DNA of 63,668 nucleotides, the filler included, from Globobulimina sp. (lineage: Eukaryota): assembly GCA_003354225.1 (NCBI GenBank). It is 54 parts of 54 records of this genome, joined end to end, with 100 filler letters (N's around TTAATTAATTAA, not from the genome) between each part and the next. Parts side by side here need not be neighbours in the genome. Positions count along the whole stretch, not along the records: positions 1 to 1,083 come from PIVH01024002.1; positions 1,184 to 2,266 come from PIVH01024003.1; positions 2,367 to 3,449 come from PIVH01024004.1; positions 3,550 to 4,632 come from PIVH01024005.1; positions 4,733 to 5,815 come from PIVH01024006.1; positions 5,916 to 6,998 come from PIVH01024007.1; positions 7,099 to 8,181 come from PIVH01024008.1; positions 8,282 to 9,364 come from PIVH01024009.1; 46 more parts are not named here. One strand, written 5' to 3'. Shown here one piece after another: positions 1-11,830 of this stretch; position 1 is the stretch's first letter; each line of letters begins with the position of its first letter. A program made the translations under genes and the position numbers. Under the pieces are notes generated by a model. It did no database searches. It was not told where the DNA came from and worked only from the letters and a program-made list of their open reading frames with translations.

Positions 1-747
1 GCCGGCGAATATTTCGGATTAGGAAATTGGGACTATGCCTTCAATCGATACGAGAAAGCGCTGGAATACTTTGAAGCCGATGAAAAAATGGATGGCGAAG
101 AGAAGCACGAAGCCGCCCAATACATCACCATGGTGCACAATAATATGGCCATGATTCACCTGAAAAGGAATGAGTTTTTAGACTGCATTCGCGAATGCAA
201 TAAAGTGCTAAAACATGACACGAATAATGTGAAAGCGTGGTGTCGCAGAGGACAATCTAAAATGATGTTGGCTGAGTATAAAAAGGCAAATAAGGATTTA
301 CGGCATGCCTTGTCATTGGATGTAAATAATAAATATATTAAGAAATTAATCAAAATCAATAAAAATAAGAAAAAATCGTACAATGCGAATCAAAAAGAAT
401 TATATGGCGGAATGTTTGATAGATACAATCAAGCCATGAAAGACAGGAAAGCAGCCAAAGAACAAGAAAAACAATCGCAAGAAGAGAAAAACGCAGATGT
501 TCAACCATACGGATTGCGATCAGTGGAGGACATAAATTTGAATTATGGTGATATCGATGATTATGATAATGAGGACAATGAATCGGAGATGAGCATTGAT
601 TTTGATTTTGATGATATGGATGATGGCGATAAAGCAGATGATGATGCGGACAGTGATGATTCGTCAGATGATGACGATGATGAGTATTATAATAATAATA
701 AGGATAAGGATAACATTAACTCATTGGAAGCAATTGATGAAGATTAG
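1..747 (+). CDS. TPR co-chaperone, FKBP4/5/ROF1-type C-terminal region with acidic tail (5' partial)
   Basis: Open from base 1; TPR motifs (AFNRYEKAL, HNNMAMIHLK..CNKVL, NVKAWCRRG); KELYGGMF resembles the KLYANMF helix of large FKBPs. Confidence 0.75.
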   Translation, partial: AGEYFGLGNWDYAFNRYEKALEYFEADEKMDGEEKHEAAQYITMVHNNMAMIHLKRNEFLDCIRECNKVLKHDTNNVKAWCRRGQSKMMLAEYKKANKDLRHALSLDVNNKYIKKLIKINKNKKKSYNANQKELYGGMFDRYNQAMKDRKAAKEQEKQSQEEKNADVQPYGLRSVEDINLNYGDIDDYDNEDNESEMSIDFDFDDMDDGDKADDDADSDDSSDDDDDEYYNNNKDKDNINSLEAIDED

Positions 748-1083
748 CTGACTCAATTACAGTATATAATTGTTTGTAATTTGAATATTCGCAGTTTAGG
801 GCTCACTAAGTCACTATTTTCGAAGCTAAACTTACTAAACAAGGGGGTCAAGGGTCAGGTTTCTTCAATGTTTCCTGTTTATATGCGACGCATGGTATTA
901 AATAATAATTACAGCAAAAAAATCTTTTTGGTATCACAAAGAGATAATTTTTTTGCGCGTTTGATATCGCGTAAAAATAAAAATTTTGATCCGCGGAAAA
1001 AAACAATGCTAACAAGAAATGAAAGATATGCGCGAGTATTTGTATTTACAATTTATGGATTATTTGTATTTTTTTTATTTATT

Positions 1084-1183
1084 NNNNNNNNNNNNNNNNN
1101 NNNNNNNNNNNNNNNNNNNNNNNNNNNTTAATTAATTAANNNNNNNNNNNNNNNNNNNNNNNNNNNNNNNNNNNNNNNNNNNN
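1084..1183. other. Artificial contig spacer (N-run + TTAATTAATTAA + N-run); first of ~53 copies spaced ~1,182 bp apart
   Basis: Identical 100-nt structure recurs through the whole window; the 12-mer places stop codons in all six frames. Confidence 0.99.
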
Positions 1184-2366
1184 TCATATCCATTTCGGAA
1201 GAAAATATTTTTAATAAGCTGCTATTGTATAATATATTGTTATGATGCGTATGTCGTATGACTTTGGACAATAATAAATTATTTAGTGTCAACGAGGTTA
1301 AATATGTTATAAATATACTACCAATTGATCGGAAAAATATATCTAAATCTAGATAATTTATTGCATCTTCTTTTGCTTTTTCTATTGAATTTATTTCAAT
1401 ATAATCTGTTTTAATAACAGACGACGCTTTGGCTACATCCCCGTTATGTTCACATGTGCATATATACTCAACCACTTCTACACAATCTTCTAAGTAACAC
1501 ATGGTAGCAAAAGAAAGGTTGCTCTCGGCTAAAGAAAAAAAACTGTGGTTTTTGCGGATTGCTTTTTTTACCATGTCGCAACGATCCCGTCCAAAATCAA
1601 TTGGCATTCATAAAGATAATATACTTTGTTTGGGGACAGATACTCATTGTTTCAATGCATCAGAATCTATAATAACAGAATTAACAATGGATTTAACATA
1701 TATGCTTGTTATATTATGTATATCTTTGGTACTCACCTCATCTGTGATTGGATTAAATCATAATTATTTTGAATTATCAATATATGGATGTGTTGTTTCT
1801 GGAATTTTAGGATGTGTTACGTTTTACACTTATATGTGTTACGATAAACGAATTTTAAATAATTTTGTCTCTGATTATATCATATTTGATACAACAAAAG
1901 ATTTATTTCAAATATATGTTTTTTTGTATTAAAAAATGAATCTGAATTATTGTGGGAATGTTCGTTATTTGCATTGCAAAGATGTGAATATTTGGAGACC
2001 AGAGGGATTCTCATAATTTATTTTTATGATAAACAAAATGAAAACGATGAATTCGAAATGATACAATTTTCAAATTTATATTTTGTCAATAAAAAATGGG
2101 AAAGCAATATAAATTCAAAAATAAATCAATGTAAAGGTGGTTGCCATATCAAGCATGGAACTTGTTGCAAGATGACTGATGACTGATTGTTGCAAGATGA
2201 CTGATGACAATATGTTTTTCATTTTGATGTTTGTTTTGCTTTTCGACTCTAGAGTAAAAGTCTATANNNNNNNNNNNNNNNNNNNNNNNNNNNNNNNNNN
2301 NNNNNNNNNNTTAATTAATTAANNNNNNNNNNNNNNNNNNNNNNNNNNNNNNNNNNNNNNNNNNNN

Positions 2367-3449
2367 CACATCCATCATAGGCTGGGCGCTGCCGCCAAAT
2401 CGGCGCAATTCCTGCGACACGCGATAGGTTTTGATGTCGTTCAAGGGCAAGAAGCGAAAATGTCCGCGCCTGGTCTTGCGCATATGTTGCATGCATTTGA
2501 TGGCAGTTTGCTTGTTCTCCACAATGATGGCATTGTTGTTGACGCCTAAGCCCACCGCCACTGATAAGGCAAACCTTTTCTGCCGTACGTCGATTAAATC
2601 GCATAAGCGGCCATAAATGCCCGTGAATAATTTTTGTAAGGTCTGCAAGATTTGATATTGCTGCTTTTCTTTGTTGTTGTCACGAATGCCGATATCCATC
2701 ACTTTTAACTCTGACAATAAGCGTTCTAAGTTGTTGTTTATTTCCTTTTTTTGGCTATTTAAGCGGTCGCGATTCTTACTTACATCCAATAACTCATGTT
2801 CTCGCTCTTTGTATTCTGTCTTGACAGCCTCGATCTCGCCGTCTAAGATATTCAGATCGTGTTTGATTTTCACGTTGATATTATTTAAGAGTTTCTCTTC
2901 TTTTTTAGTCAAAATATTGGCATTGTTTTGTAAGGAGTCGAACCGATCTTTTTTACGTTGATAAATGTTTTCCAAATTGGTTTTGTTTGTATTTAAAGAC
3001 GCAGTTTGTTGGAAGATTTCGCTTTTAATATTTGCGTAGATTTCGTATTGATTTTCTTCCAATTCAATATCGTCCGATTCCGTTTTCAGTTCTTGTAAAT
3101 ATTCCTCTTCCCTCGCTTTTAACGCATCCGATTCTCGTTTTAATTGAACTAATTTATCATTATTTTCTTCTAAGTGCTCGATTAATACATTATTCTCTTC
3201 GGACAACTTACTTTCTTCAGTCTTAAACGAAGCTAATTGTTTATTCAACGTATCGCGTTGCAATTGTTTTCTATTCAAATTCAAACGCAATTTTTTGATA
3301 TTTTTGATGATGGTGGTTTTTTTCCGTAAACTCTTGCTTAAATCCGCTTGTTTTAATTTTATTTCTTGTTCGCAATCTTTTAAATGTCGATTGATTTCAT
3401 CCATTTCGCGATCGGTCCGTTGGATGTCCTGCCCCGCGGCGCCCACATC
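2367..3449 (-). CDS. SMC1: Cohesin SMC1, coiled coil and hinge (internal fragment)
   Basis: Long coiled coil followed by hinge motif LF.GIYGRLCDLI..RQKRF.LSVAVGLG..NAIIVE..TAIKCMQHM...R.G.FRFLPL. Confidence 0.9.
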
Positions 3450-3871
3450 NNNNNNNNNNNNNNNNNNNNNNNNNNNNNNNNNNNNNNNNNNNNTTAATTA
3501 ATTAANNNNNNNNNNNNNNNNNNNNNNNNNNNNNNNNNNNNNNNNNNNNTTTCTACAAAACTAATGAATTGGCCCACTTGAAGAAAATATGGCGTTTTTT
3601 AATGATTTCATTTTTGCTGTCAAGCATAACTGGAGAGATGTTAGTGAACATTTTAAGGTTTTTCATATAATGTTAAAAACGAAAACTTTATTGTTCAGAA
3701 ACATAAAAGCAGTTCGAACAAACAACATAAAATTTGCAGAATAACCAGTTATATAAATAATCCAAATACGTACTGCCTTATGTGTCGGTTTCATTATCAT
3801 TCTATGTTGATGCCATATGGTGGTATGTTGTTTACCTTTCTTCAGACTCTGTATACAACAAAAAATCACGA

Positions 3872-4498
3872 TTAATTTGGTGTATTTGGTTTATGGACGT
3901 TCCCATATAGATCGACAATCCGTTTATGTGAATCCGAATCCAGATTGGAATCAGATTGCGAAATATTGCCCAAAAGGTCTATAATTTTTGTGTTCCGACG
4001 ACTGAGACTTCGTAAAACTGCATAGGTTTCCAAATTTGTCTGGATATGGTCATTATGGTGCTGTTTGATAACGTGTTGCAATATGAAAGGGACAAGAAAT
4101 TGAATACAATTATCAGTATTCACAACATCGACAGAATAATAATCCAATCACTCTTTTAAAACATCATTCAATTTACGAATGTCAGCATCAATGAACGACA
4201 ATGTAAAATAATATCTGACACTGTCAGCAATGTTCCAATTATCGAAATGAGCCAATAACAAACGAGTCACTTTTACGCATTCCTTATTTTTTGCAAATAT
4301 TGACATTAATATTGTGAAACTTGCCTTATTTGGCTGAATGCCGTGTGATATCATTTTATTTTGTATAATGAACACTGCCATGTTTTGAGGATCATCGATT
4401 CCGTTATTCACCGCAATTCCGTTTAAAATTACATTAAAAGTATCAATATTTGCTTGTACTTGCTTCCAATCTGTTTCATTTCTTGTAAAAATTGACAA
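3872..4498 (-). pseudogene. PPR-like protein fragment with in-frame TGA
   Basis: MISHGIQPNKASFTILMSIFAK resembles a PPR motif; two ORFs in the same frame are separated only by TGA at 4148-4150. Confidence 0.3.
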
Positions 4499-4732
4499 AA
4501 CGAAGTGTCTTTAAATTCATTAGAGAATGTCCAACTAAGTTTTTTTCGAGACCGTTACATTTGATGTCTACTTATGTCTAAGAGGATTGCTTGCCCGCAG
4601 CGTGGATTAATAAACCAAACTAAAATACCCGANNNNNNNNNNNNNNNNNNNNNNNNNNNNNNNNNNNNNNNNNNNNTTAATTAATTAANNNNNNNNNNNN
4701 NNNNNNNNNNNNNNNNNNNNNNNNNNNNNNNN

Positions 4733-5455
4733 CCCCATCAATTACATGGTTATTTGTAACTATATATCCATAAATGGTCGCGAATTGACAGCATTTTCGA
4801 ATGGAAAACAGATACTGGAAGCTGATGAATTACATTTTTATGATAATATACAAATTAAAAATGGTGCCACATTAACTGTGACAAATGGATGTAGATTGTT
4901 TATTTTTTGCAAGGGAACAATAGAAATAAACGGGAAATTTGAAAATAATAACAAAGATTCAAAAAATGGAACAATAAATATGAATGGAAAAATGTTTGGT
5001 AGAAAAATATTTTATGCCGAGAAAAAACTCAGAAACGATATAAAATGGGACAAAACAATCAAAGATTTGATGGATAAAAACCCCAAAAACGTTATTGATT
5101 GGGATATAGCAATGATAAAATTAATTAAATGCGGTGGTGTTAGTGGCAGAGCTCCGTCAATTCAAACAGATGGTCGTTGTGGGAAAGGGGTAACAATGTC
5201 AACTAAAGGTGTTGGAGGTCTATATATTATAAGCAATAATTTAATAAATTACGGCATCATCCAATCAAAAGGTCGATCATTGGCAATGGTGGAACTATAT
5301 ACATCCACTGTAAAAATAAGTTCATAAATAAAGGTAAAATCATTACAAATTCAGTAGATTGGCAAGGAAATAAACATTATGGAAAAATTATATTAAACTT
5401 AGACAAATCAGATCAAAGATTTGGAAAATGCATACCCAAACCCATTCTTTTATAA
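4733..5455 (+). pseudogene. Gly-rich beta-helix-like protein, frameshifted near 5275
   Basis: GGLYIISNNLINYGIIQSKG continues in another frame as GNGGTIYIHCKNKFINKGKI to TAA at 5455. Confidence 0.4.
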
Positions 5456-5593
5456 CAATCACTTGAGTACCTTTTTTCATTTTGTACAGGCTCGTCATGT
5501 CAGCTCTTCAAACCAACTCACATGTTAAATTACATTATTTTGGTGTTACATGAACTGCATCAGCATACATCTCACATATCCAATAATTTGTAG

Positions 5594-5815
5594 ACATTAG
5601 AAGAACAAATAGTTGATTTAAATGTAGAGAATGGATCATTACGAAGTCAAATGAGAACACTCAAAGAAGAAATACAAATCCACAAATCTGAGGTATAATT
5701 GTGTTTGTTTTGATTACATCACATATGCAGTATTATTGTCAATTGAATTGTTTGAACATATGCCAGCTCGCTGTATTAGCAGAAGCAAATAATGAATTAA
5801 AAAATGAGAATAATA
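5594..5815 (+). CDS. Spliced coiled-coil protein fragment (exons 5594-5692 and 5767-5815), paralog of 62717-63668
   Basis: GT-AG intron 5693-5766 gives ..SLRSQMRTLKEEIQIHKSE|LAVLAEANNELKNENN, matching SLKSQLILSKEEIQIHKSVIYDLKQTNDELKIENN. Confidence 0.5.
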
Positions 5816-5953
5816 NNNNNNNNNNNNNNNNNNNNNNNNNNNNNNNNNNNNNNNNNNNNTTAATTAATTAANNNNNNNNNNNNNNNNNNNNNNNNNNNNN
5901 NNNNNNNNNNNNNNNTTGTTCTTTTTTTTGTACTACGCAGTTAGACACGGTCC

Positions 5954-6838
5954 ATGGACCATGCGGTTCGCATTGATGACAGGTCAGCACCTTTATTAGA
6001 CAATAATGCTCTGATCAGATCGTATGTCCTAGTAGAATGTGGAGAACTCTCTAACGGGAATGCCTCGCGCCCACGGGCCGGAGGTCTACCAAATGTAGAC
6101 ATTCAAAGTGATGAACTACCTCATGGAGTGTGTGGCAATATTGTTGAACTACCTCATGGAGTGTGTGGCGTGTTATGCTTTAAGCCAGTTTGTAGGCCCG
6201 CATGTAGTATTTGTATCATATTACCAGCAATTATCACTGCCGCCATTATGATATTGCAAAACTATGTGCCTCAATTTAAATCACACTGGATTCAATGGAA
6301 ATACATTGACGATTTTTATATCACTAACATCTATACAACACAAAACAACACAAATATTTATTATAATAATCAGTCTTTATTAAATGAAACAATATTTAAT
6401 CCACAAAATAATAAAACAATTCTTATGTATGATTATTTTCAAATTGATATAAAATTGGAAACCGTGGAGCTTGTATGTCTTTATTACTTGACATCAACGT
6501 GAAATTATTCACTATTTCTACATGTACAGATTGATGAATTTCGAGCAATTTTACAGCCAACAAATCAATCGAATGCCCTGATTGGTGATGTTCTTAGTGG
6601 TGCTACAGAATATTGGTATGGTCATATACGTGGACAATGGATGCAATTTGATACATCAATAAAGAATAAAGAGAGAAACAATACAAAACTGTTTCATCTC
6701 TCATTCAAACCAAAAGATTGCAAGTGGTATTCGATGGAAGATGGCTGTTTCAGAAGTGATACATTTAAAATAAAAATAACAAATAACCGCATCGTACAAA
6801 CCAATTTCTTAGTCACTGATCTTTCTTTGAGAAGTTAA
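5954..6838 (+). CDS. Hypothetical single-pass membrane protein, intron 6473-6529
   Basis: GTATGT..TACAG intron joins ORF 5954 in frame to ORF 6641-6838; one hydrophobic helix; internal duplication ELPHGVCG x2. Confidence 0.5.
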
Positions 6839-7098
6839 GTACATATATTTTTATTATTCGCATAAATGATTTATGATTAATTAATTTTATCCCCTTGGGA
6901 AAAGCGAATTTTTTGAGCTTCCCATGGGTTTTTTTTACTTAATATGGAACTAGTTGGATTTATTTGGAAAAAAAAAAAAAGAAAAAAAGACAAAAAGTNN
7001 NNNNNNNNNNNNNNNNNNNNNNNNNNNNNNNNNNNNNNNNNNTTAATTAATTAANNNNNNNNNNNNNNNNNNNNNNNNNNNNNNNNNNNNNNNNNNNN

Positions 7099-7501
7099 GT
7101 GATACGACATATACTCTTAAATCTATCTGAGTAGGGGCGCCGCGCCTGGCTCTCCCTCCTCCTGGTGGTGCAACTACGGGCGGAGTATGACGGATTGTAA
7201 GTTTCCTCCAAACACCATCTTAATATCAAAGTGCGAGGAATTGGAAGTAATATTAATTAAAATAAAATAAAATAAAAATACCATGATCTGTTTTAGCAAT
7301 ATCTGTAATATCTTCTGCACCAATACTACCATAATCAGCTGGGTTTGTAATATCAATTGCATACTGGGCATCGAGTGCGCCAGGTATTGATGATACTATA
7401 CGATCACACCACGATGGATAATTATTTGTTCGAGGTAAATATGGTCGCTGCCAAGCATTGCTAATATATGTAATCAATGCGAAATAAATGAGACAAATCA
7501 T
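7099..7501 (-). CDS. Inositol polyphosphate 5-phosphatase/EEP-like protein, spliced (intron 7219-7281), 3' partial
   Basis: YPSWCDRIV and, after splicing, KTDHDGVWRKLTI match the INPP5 motifs PSWCDRIL and SDHxPV. Confidence 0.45.
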
Positions 7502-7608
7502 CGATGGTAATTATGATGGTATCTGTATCGGTATGGATTGTTGATGTGACGTGGTGACGACTATGATGGTTGGATGGTTAGTACGAAAATCGTTGAGCTA
7601 AATAAAAG

Positions 7609-8181
7609 ATGGATTACGAGCTGGTAATAGACTTAACAGACGCAGCAACACAGACATACATGACAAACATCCAATCGTTACTCACTGCTCTGATCCCCGC
7701 CTTCAATGTGCATGATAGGGATAAGTACTTTACATCCATTCAATTAAAATGCAATCTAAATACATTAGCATTACCCGATGATAAATTACTGCCAGCATTG
7801 CAAGACTTAAATGATACCAAACCAATAACATTAGGTGGCAGTTTAGTAAAATTCAAAAATATTCAACGACCGTCGATGGAACAATTTATGAAACAGCACA
7901 AACAAAAAAACATAATGCATCAAAAGCGAATGAACAAAGCACCAAATTCATCCCCATCCAATCCATCCTCTCCTTCATTATCATTATCAAACAACAATAA
8001 CAATAAAAAAAATAAAAACCGAACCTTCATATCAAACAACAAAATAATGACTGACGCCGACGGCAAACAAGCATTGCATTCATCATTGCCTCCGCCCCAA
8101 CATCCAAACAACAGCAACAACAAAGAGGAGCGATCCAGCTCTCCGCCGCCGCCGCCTTACCATGAGGTTGTATCGCAAGAA
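7609..8181 (+). CDS. Hypothetical protein with Pro/Ser/Asn low-complexity region (3' partial)
   Basis: ATG-initiated ~190 aa open frame; no recognisable domain. Confidence 0.4.
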
Positions 8182-8281
8182 NNNNNNNNNNNNNNNNNNN
8201 NNNNNNNNNNNNNNNNNNNNNNNNNTTAATTAATTAANNNNNNNNNNNNNNNNNNNNNNNNNNNNNNNNNNNNNNNNNNNN

Positions 8282-9038
8282 AAGGAATAAACGATGAAAG
8301 AAGAAACATAAAAAGACTAAAAAGAAACGAAAACGGAGACAACCAAAACGAAAACTGGAGCGAATAAATAGCAACGAAGCGAATGATATGCCTGCATTTG
8401 GTGCGCATTCTAAGTCTGCTCCTGAACATATAGCAGATAATAAATATGTATTCCAGCCACAGCAACCAGTACAAAACCAATTGTATGTCCCGCAAATTCC
8501 ATATTCACATTCTGCCTCAAATTCGGTATCAGATTTGGAAACGATGGGATATGAAAACGATGCCCGTGCACAATACCAATCGCATGACAATAAACAGCAT
8601 AAATACAATGCAATGCATGCGATGATGCCGCACCAATATGAGCACAATCAGTCTATAAAAAGTAATTTGTATGTTCCACAAATTCCATATTCGCATTCTG
8701 CTTCACATTCTGTCATGAATTTGGAAGATATGGCCCAGATCCAACCACGCAAGAATCACTTATATGCGCCACCGAATGCATTTGCAATGGCAGGTTTTTC
8801 GCACAATCGTTCCAGCTCTGTGCCTGCATTGGATATGCAGTCGACGTCCGCTCCCGAAATATCTAAACGTGTACATTATGAGCAACCTAAAAATACAACG
8901 CATGGCAATGGAAATAATGAGCAATTTACCTCATATAAGCAATATTTATACGAACCTATAAATAATATAGAAGCTAAATTGAAGCAATTGCAAAGGGAGA
9001 ACAGTTCAAATAATTTTCGGTTTATTGGGTGTCATTAA
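8282..9038 (+). CDS. Hypothetical disordered protein with repeated LYVPQIPYSHSAS motif
   Basis: Long ORF; motif present twice plus a degenerate third copy. Confidence 0.45.
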
Positions 9039-9464
9039 AATAATTAGAATGTGTTTGCTCTGTCGCGTGTTTTATAATTTGTGTTGAAATATTAATAAAA
9101 TGTGTACTGTATTATAATGAAAAAAACGTAAACACCGCGACAATTAATTTTTTAGCGTCAGAAAATTTTATAACAATTGAACTTATCTCAAAATACAGTC
9201 AGTTTAATAATTGTTTCTGGCGCTAAAAGTTTCGTTGTGGAGGTGATTAATGTTTGTTTAATTTAAAAAAAAGCGTTTATGTTTTCTGTCAAAAAATATT
9301 CTGTATTTTCTGAAAGCAAGCATATTGTTTGTCGTTTAGCTTAATATTTATTGTTGTTTGTTATNNNNNNNNNNNNNNNNNNNNNNNNNNNNNNNNNNNN
9401 NNNNNNNNTTAATTAATTAANNNNNNNNNNNNNNNNNNNNNNNNNNNNNNNNNNNNNNNNNNNN

Positions 9465-9764
9465 ACTAATGATATTAAGAAAAAGCTGACAACCGAGCAT
9501 CTTGAAAAAATACAAAAAGTTCGGGAAGAGTGGGGTAAAAGAAAAGGTAAATTCTTTATTATGCAAGAGCCTGGAAACACGACTGTTCATAATATCCAAA
9601 AGCTTATCGAAAGGAATATAGATCTCATTAAGCCTAAGCTGGTTGTGATCGACTATGTTGCCAATCTTGAAGCTCATAAAGATAGGTATGGCAGGAATGA
9701 TCTTGAGATAGCATCAATGGCTGATCAGTCCAGGAATTTGTACTGTGTCCAATTTCATATGTAA
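9465..9764 (+). CDS. SF4 (DnaB/phage-type) replicative helicase fragment, probably chimeric at its 3' end
   Basis: Open from contig start: ..KFFIMQEPGNTTVHNIQKLIE..KPKLVVIDYVANL..RNDLEIASMADQSRNL; matches DnaB Walker B (VVIDY) and the following helix. Confidence 0.6.
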   Translation, partial: TNDIKKKLTTEHLEKIQKVREEWGKRKGKFFIMQEPGNTTVHNIQKLIERNIDLIKPKLVVIDYVANLEAHKDRYGRNDLEIASMADQSRNLYCVQFHM

Positions 9765-10242
9765 AAATAAAAGCTGATGTATTAACAATAACAAGCTGTT
9801 CCATAGAGCTGCACGCTATAACCATAGTTGACATACTTTGGCATATTATCATTTGTTTTGGATGTATCATTTGTAATCACTAATATTGTTAGATGGGGAT
9901 CAATAATAATCATAGGAGATAATATTTTATATAGTAATTACACCTCATGAAATGGCAAATATCTGTGTTTAATCATTATCGGTGGTGGTGGGTATTTCCT
10001 TGTTGTCAAGGAACAAACTTGCAAATAAAGTGATGTATTATTACTAGGTTATAGATGTGTAAATAAAATGTTACTTGTTTATACAGATATTTATAATTTG
10101 TATTGACATATGCGAGTATATTTTGTTAATCATATGGGTTTCACGCAATTTAACATATCGAATTGTGAAACAAGTGCACCATCACACCCAGTAGTGGGCA
10201 AGCCAAATATGTTTAATTGGTTTGCTGTGGGACGGCCCCCCT

Positions 10243-10534
10243 TTGTTATTGTTGTTTAGTCACGCTTGGCTAACACGCTATGATTGATCGATGACAGGTC
10301 TATGCATGAATCACCATTGTTATTGTCTGGCGGCTCGATGACGTAATATGATCGATCGTTGACAGGTCTACGCATGAGTCATCATTGTTATTGTTTGGCT
10401 GTCACTCTTGACCTACATAATATGATTGATCGATGACAGGTCTAGCCATGAATCACCATTGTTATTGTCTGGCGGCGGCCACGGCTCGATGACGTAATAT
10501 GATTGATCGATGACAGGTCTACGCATGAGTCATC
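10243..10534. repeat. Tandem repeat of 4 units (periods 68-77 bp) with A-B-A-B higher-order structure
   Basis: Core TATGATTGATCGATGACAGGTCTA..CATGA.TCA.C starts at 10279, 10347, 10421 and 10498 (the first three followed by ATTGTTATTGT). Confidence 0.85.
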
Positions 10535-10740
10535 AAAATAGGTAAAANNNNNNNNNNNNNNNNNNNNNNNNNNNNNNNNNNNNNNNNNNNNTTAATTAAT
10601 TAANNNNNNNNNNNNNNNNNNNNNNNNNNNNNNNNNNNNNNNNNNNNCAAAATCAAAAGTTTTCAAAAGTTTTTCACCTATATACGAATGCCAAAGCGAA
10701 ACATATAAAAACACATTTGTATGTTTAAATATATAAAAAG

Positions 10741-11730
10741 ATGTTATGGATATTATTTTTAACTATGATATCCAATTTATATCAAAGGAAATCCCAATGT
10801 CATTTATATCAAATCAAATCAAATAATGTTGATAAAACATGTAAATATAAGTATGACAAAATGGATAACGAATCCATACAAATTATATCAAACACAGCCA
10901 ATAAAACACAAATCTATGAAGTTATTATACAAAGCGAAGCGAAATGTTATAGTCCCCAATTGGTAATAGATTTTGATATAACTCCATTACGCGATAATCC
11001 AGATACTTATTATTCATTTTACATTTGGGAAAGTTATTTTGATAATGAATTCAACGAATCGCAATATATGCCAATGATTGAAAATTATACAACTCAAATC
11101 AGTCAATGCTTAAATATTAGCAAACGAATTTTAAAAACGAATTTGAATGAATGGGCAGTCATTGACGGTGAATATAAACATTTGTTTGAATCACAAAAAT
11201 TAAATGATAAAACAAAGAATATCCGCATCAAAATCGAAGTAGGTTCCAACGTATTATTATCATGTAATGAATTCAATGATTTTTCATTGAACGCAATAAT
11301 TAGAGTCCACTGTTCGTCAGAATTTGACTGGTCATTCGATTTTGAAGATGTACAAACAATAGCAACGTTTGGTGCTGCTCTCTGTCTATTTTGTGGTTTA
11401 TGGGCATATGCAATTTATCGAGTTAGGTGTTCTGAGTTAGACGAACAATATACAAAATTGAACGGCTCTCGCTCAAAAGCAACATGTGGTGATTTATTTC
11501 TATTTGGCTGCGGTTGTAACCAACGTAAACGATATTACTTGTTTTTCTCTTATGATGACGATGATGGACATTATAATTACCCATTAGCAAACACATGGAT
11601 TTGGTATATACTCTTTTCTATGATACTTGCAGTTTTTCCTATCTTATTAGCAATATTAGAGACTGATTTTTCTTATATTCAAGTCAATTTTCTTATATTT
11701 TTTGCGGCTGCACCATTTACAATTATTAAT
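10741..11730 (+). CDS. Hypothetical membrane protein with signal peptide and several TM helices (3' partial)
   Basis: 330 aa ORF, hydrophobic N-terminus, 3 hydrophobic segments near the C-terminal end. Confidence 0.55.
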
Positions 11731-11830
11731 NNNNNNNNNNNNNNNNNNNNNNNNNNNNNNNNNNNNNNNNNNNNTTAATTAATTAANNNNNNNNNNNNNN
11801 NNNNNNNNNNNNNNNNNNNNNNNNNNNNNN

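Noticed and set aside
4148-4150. Alternative genetic code (TGA=Trp)
   Set aside because: Many conserved genes end in TGA and use TGG for Trp; the Brr2-like TGA is not at a Trp position
10243-10534. CRISPR array
   Set aside because: The spacers are related to each other in alternation and vary 20-29 bp; the repeats are degenerate; no cas gene or leader is visible
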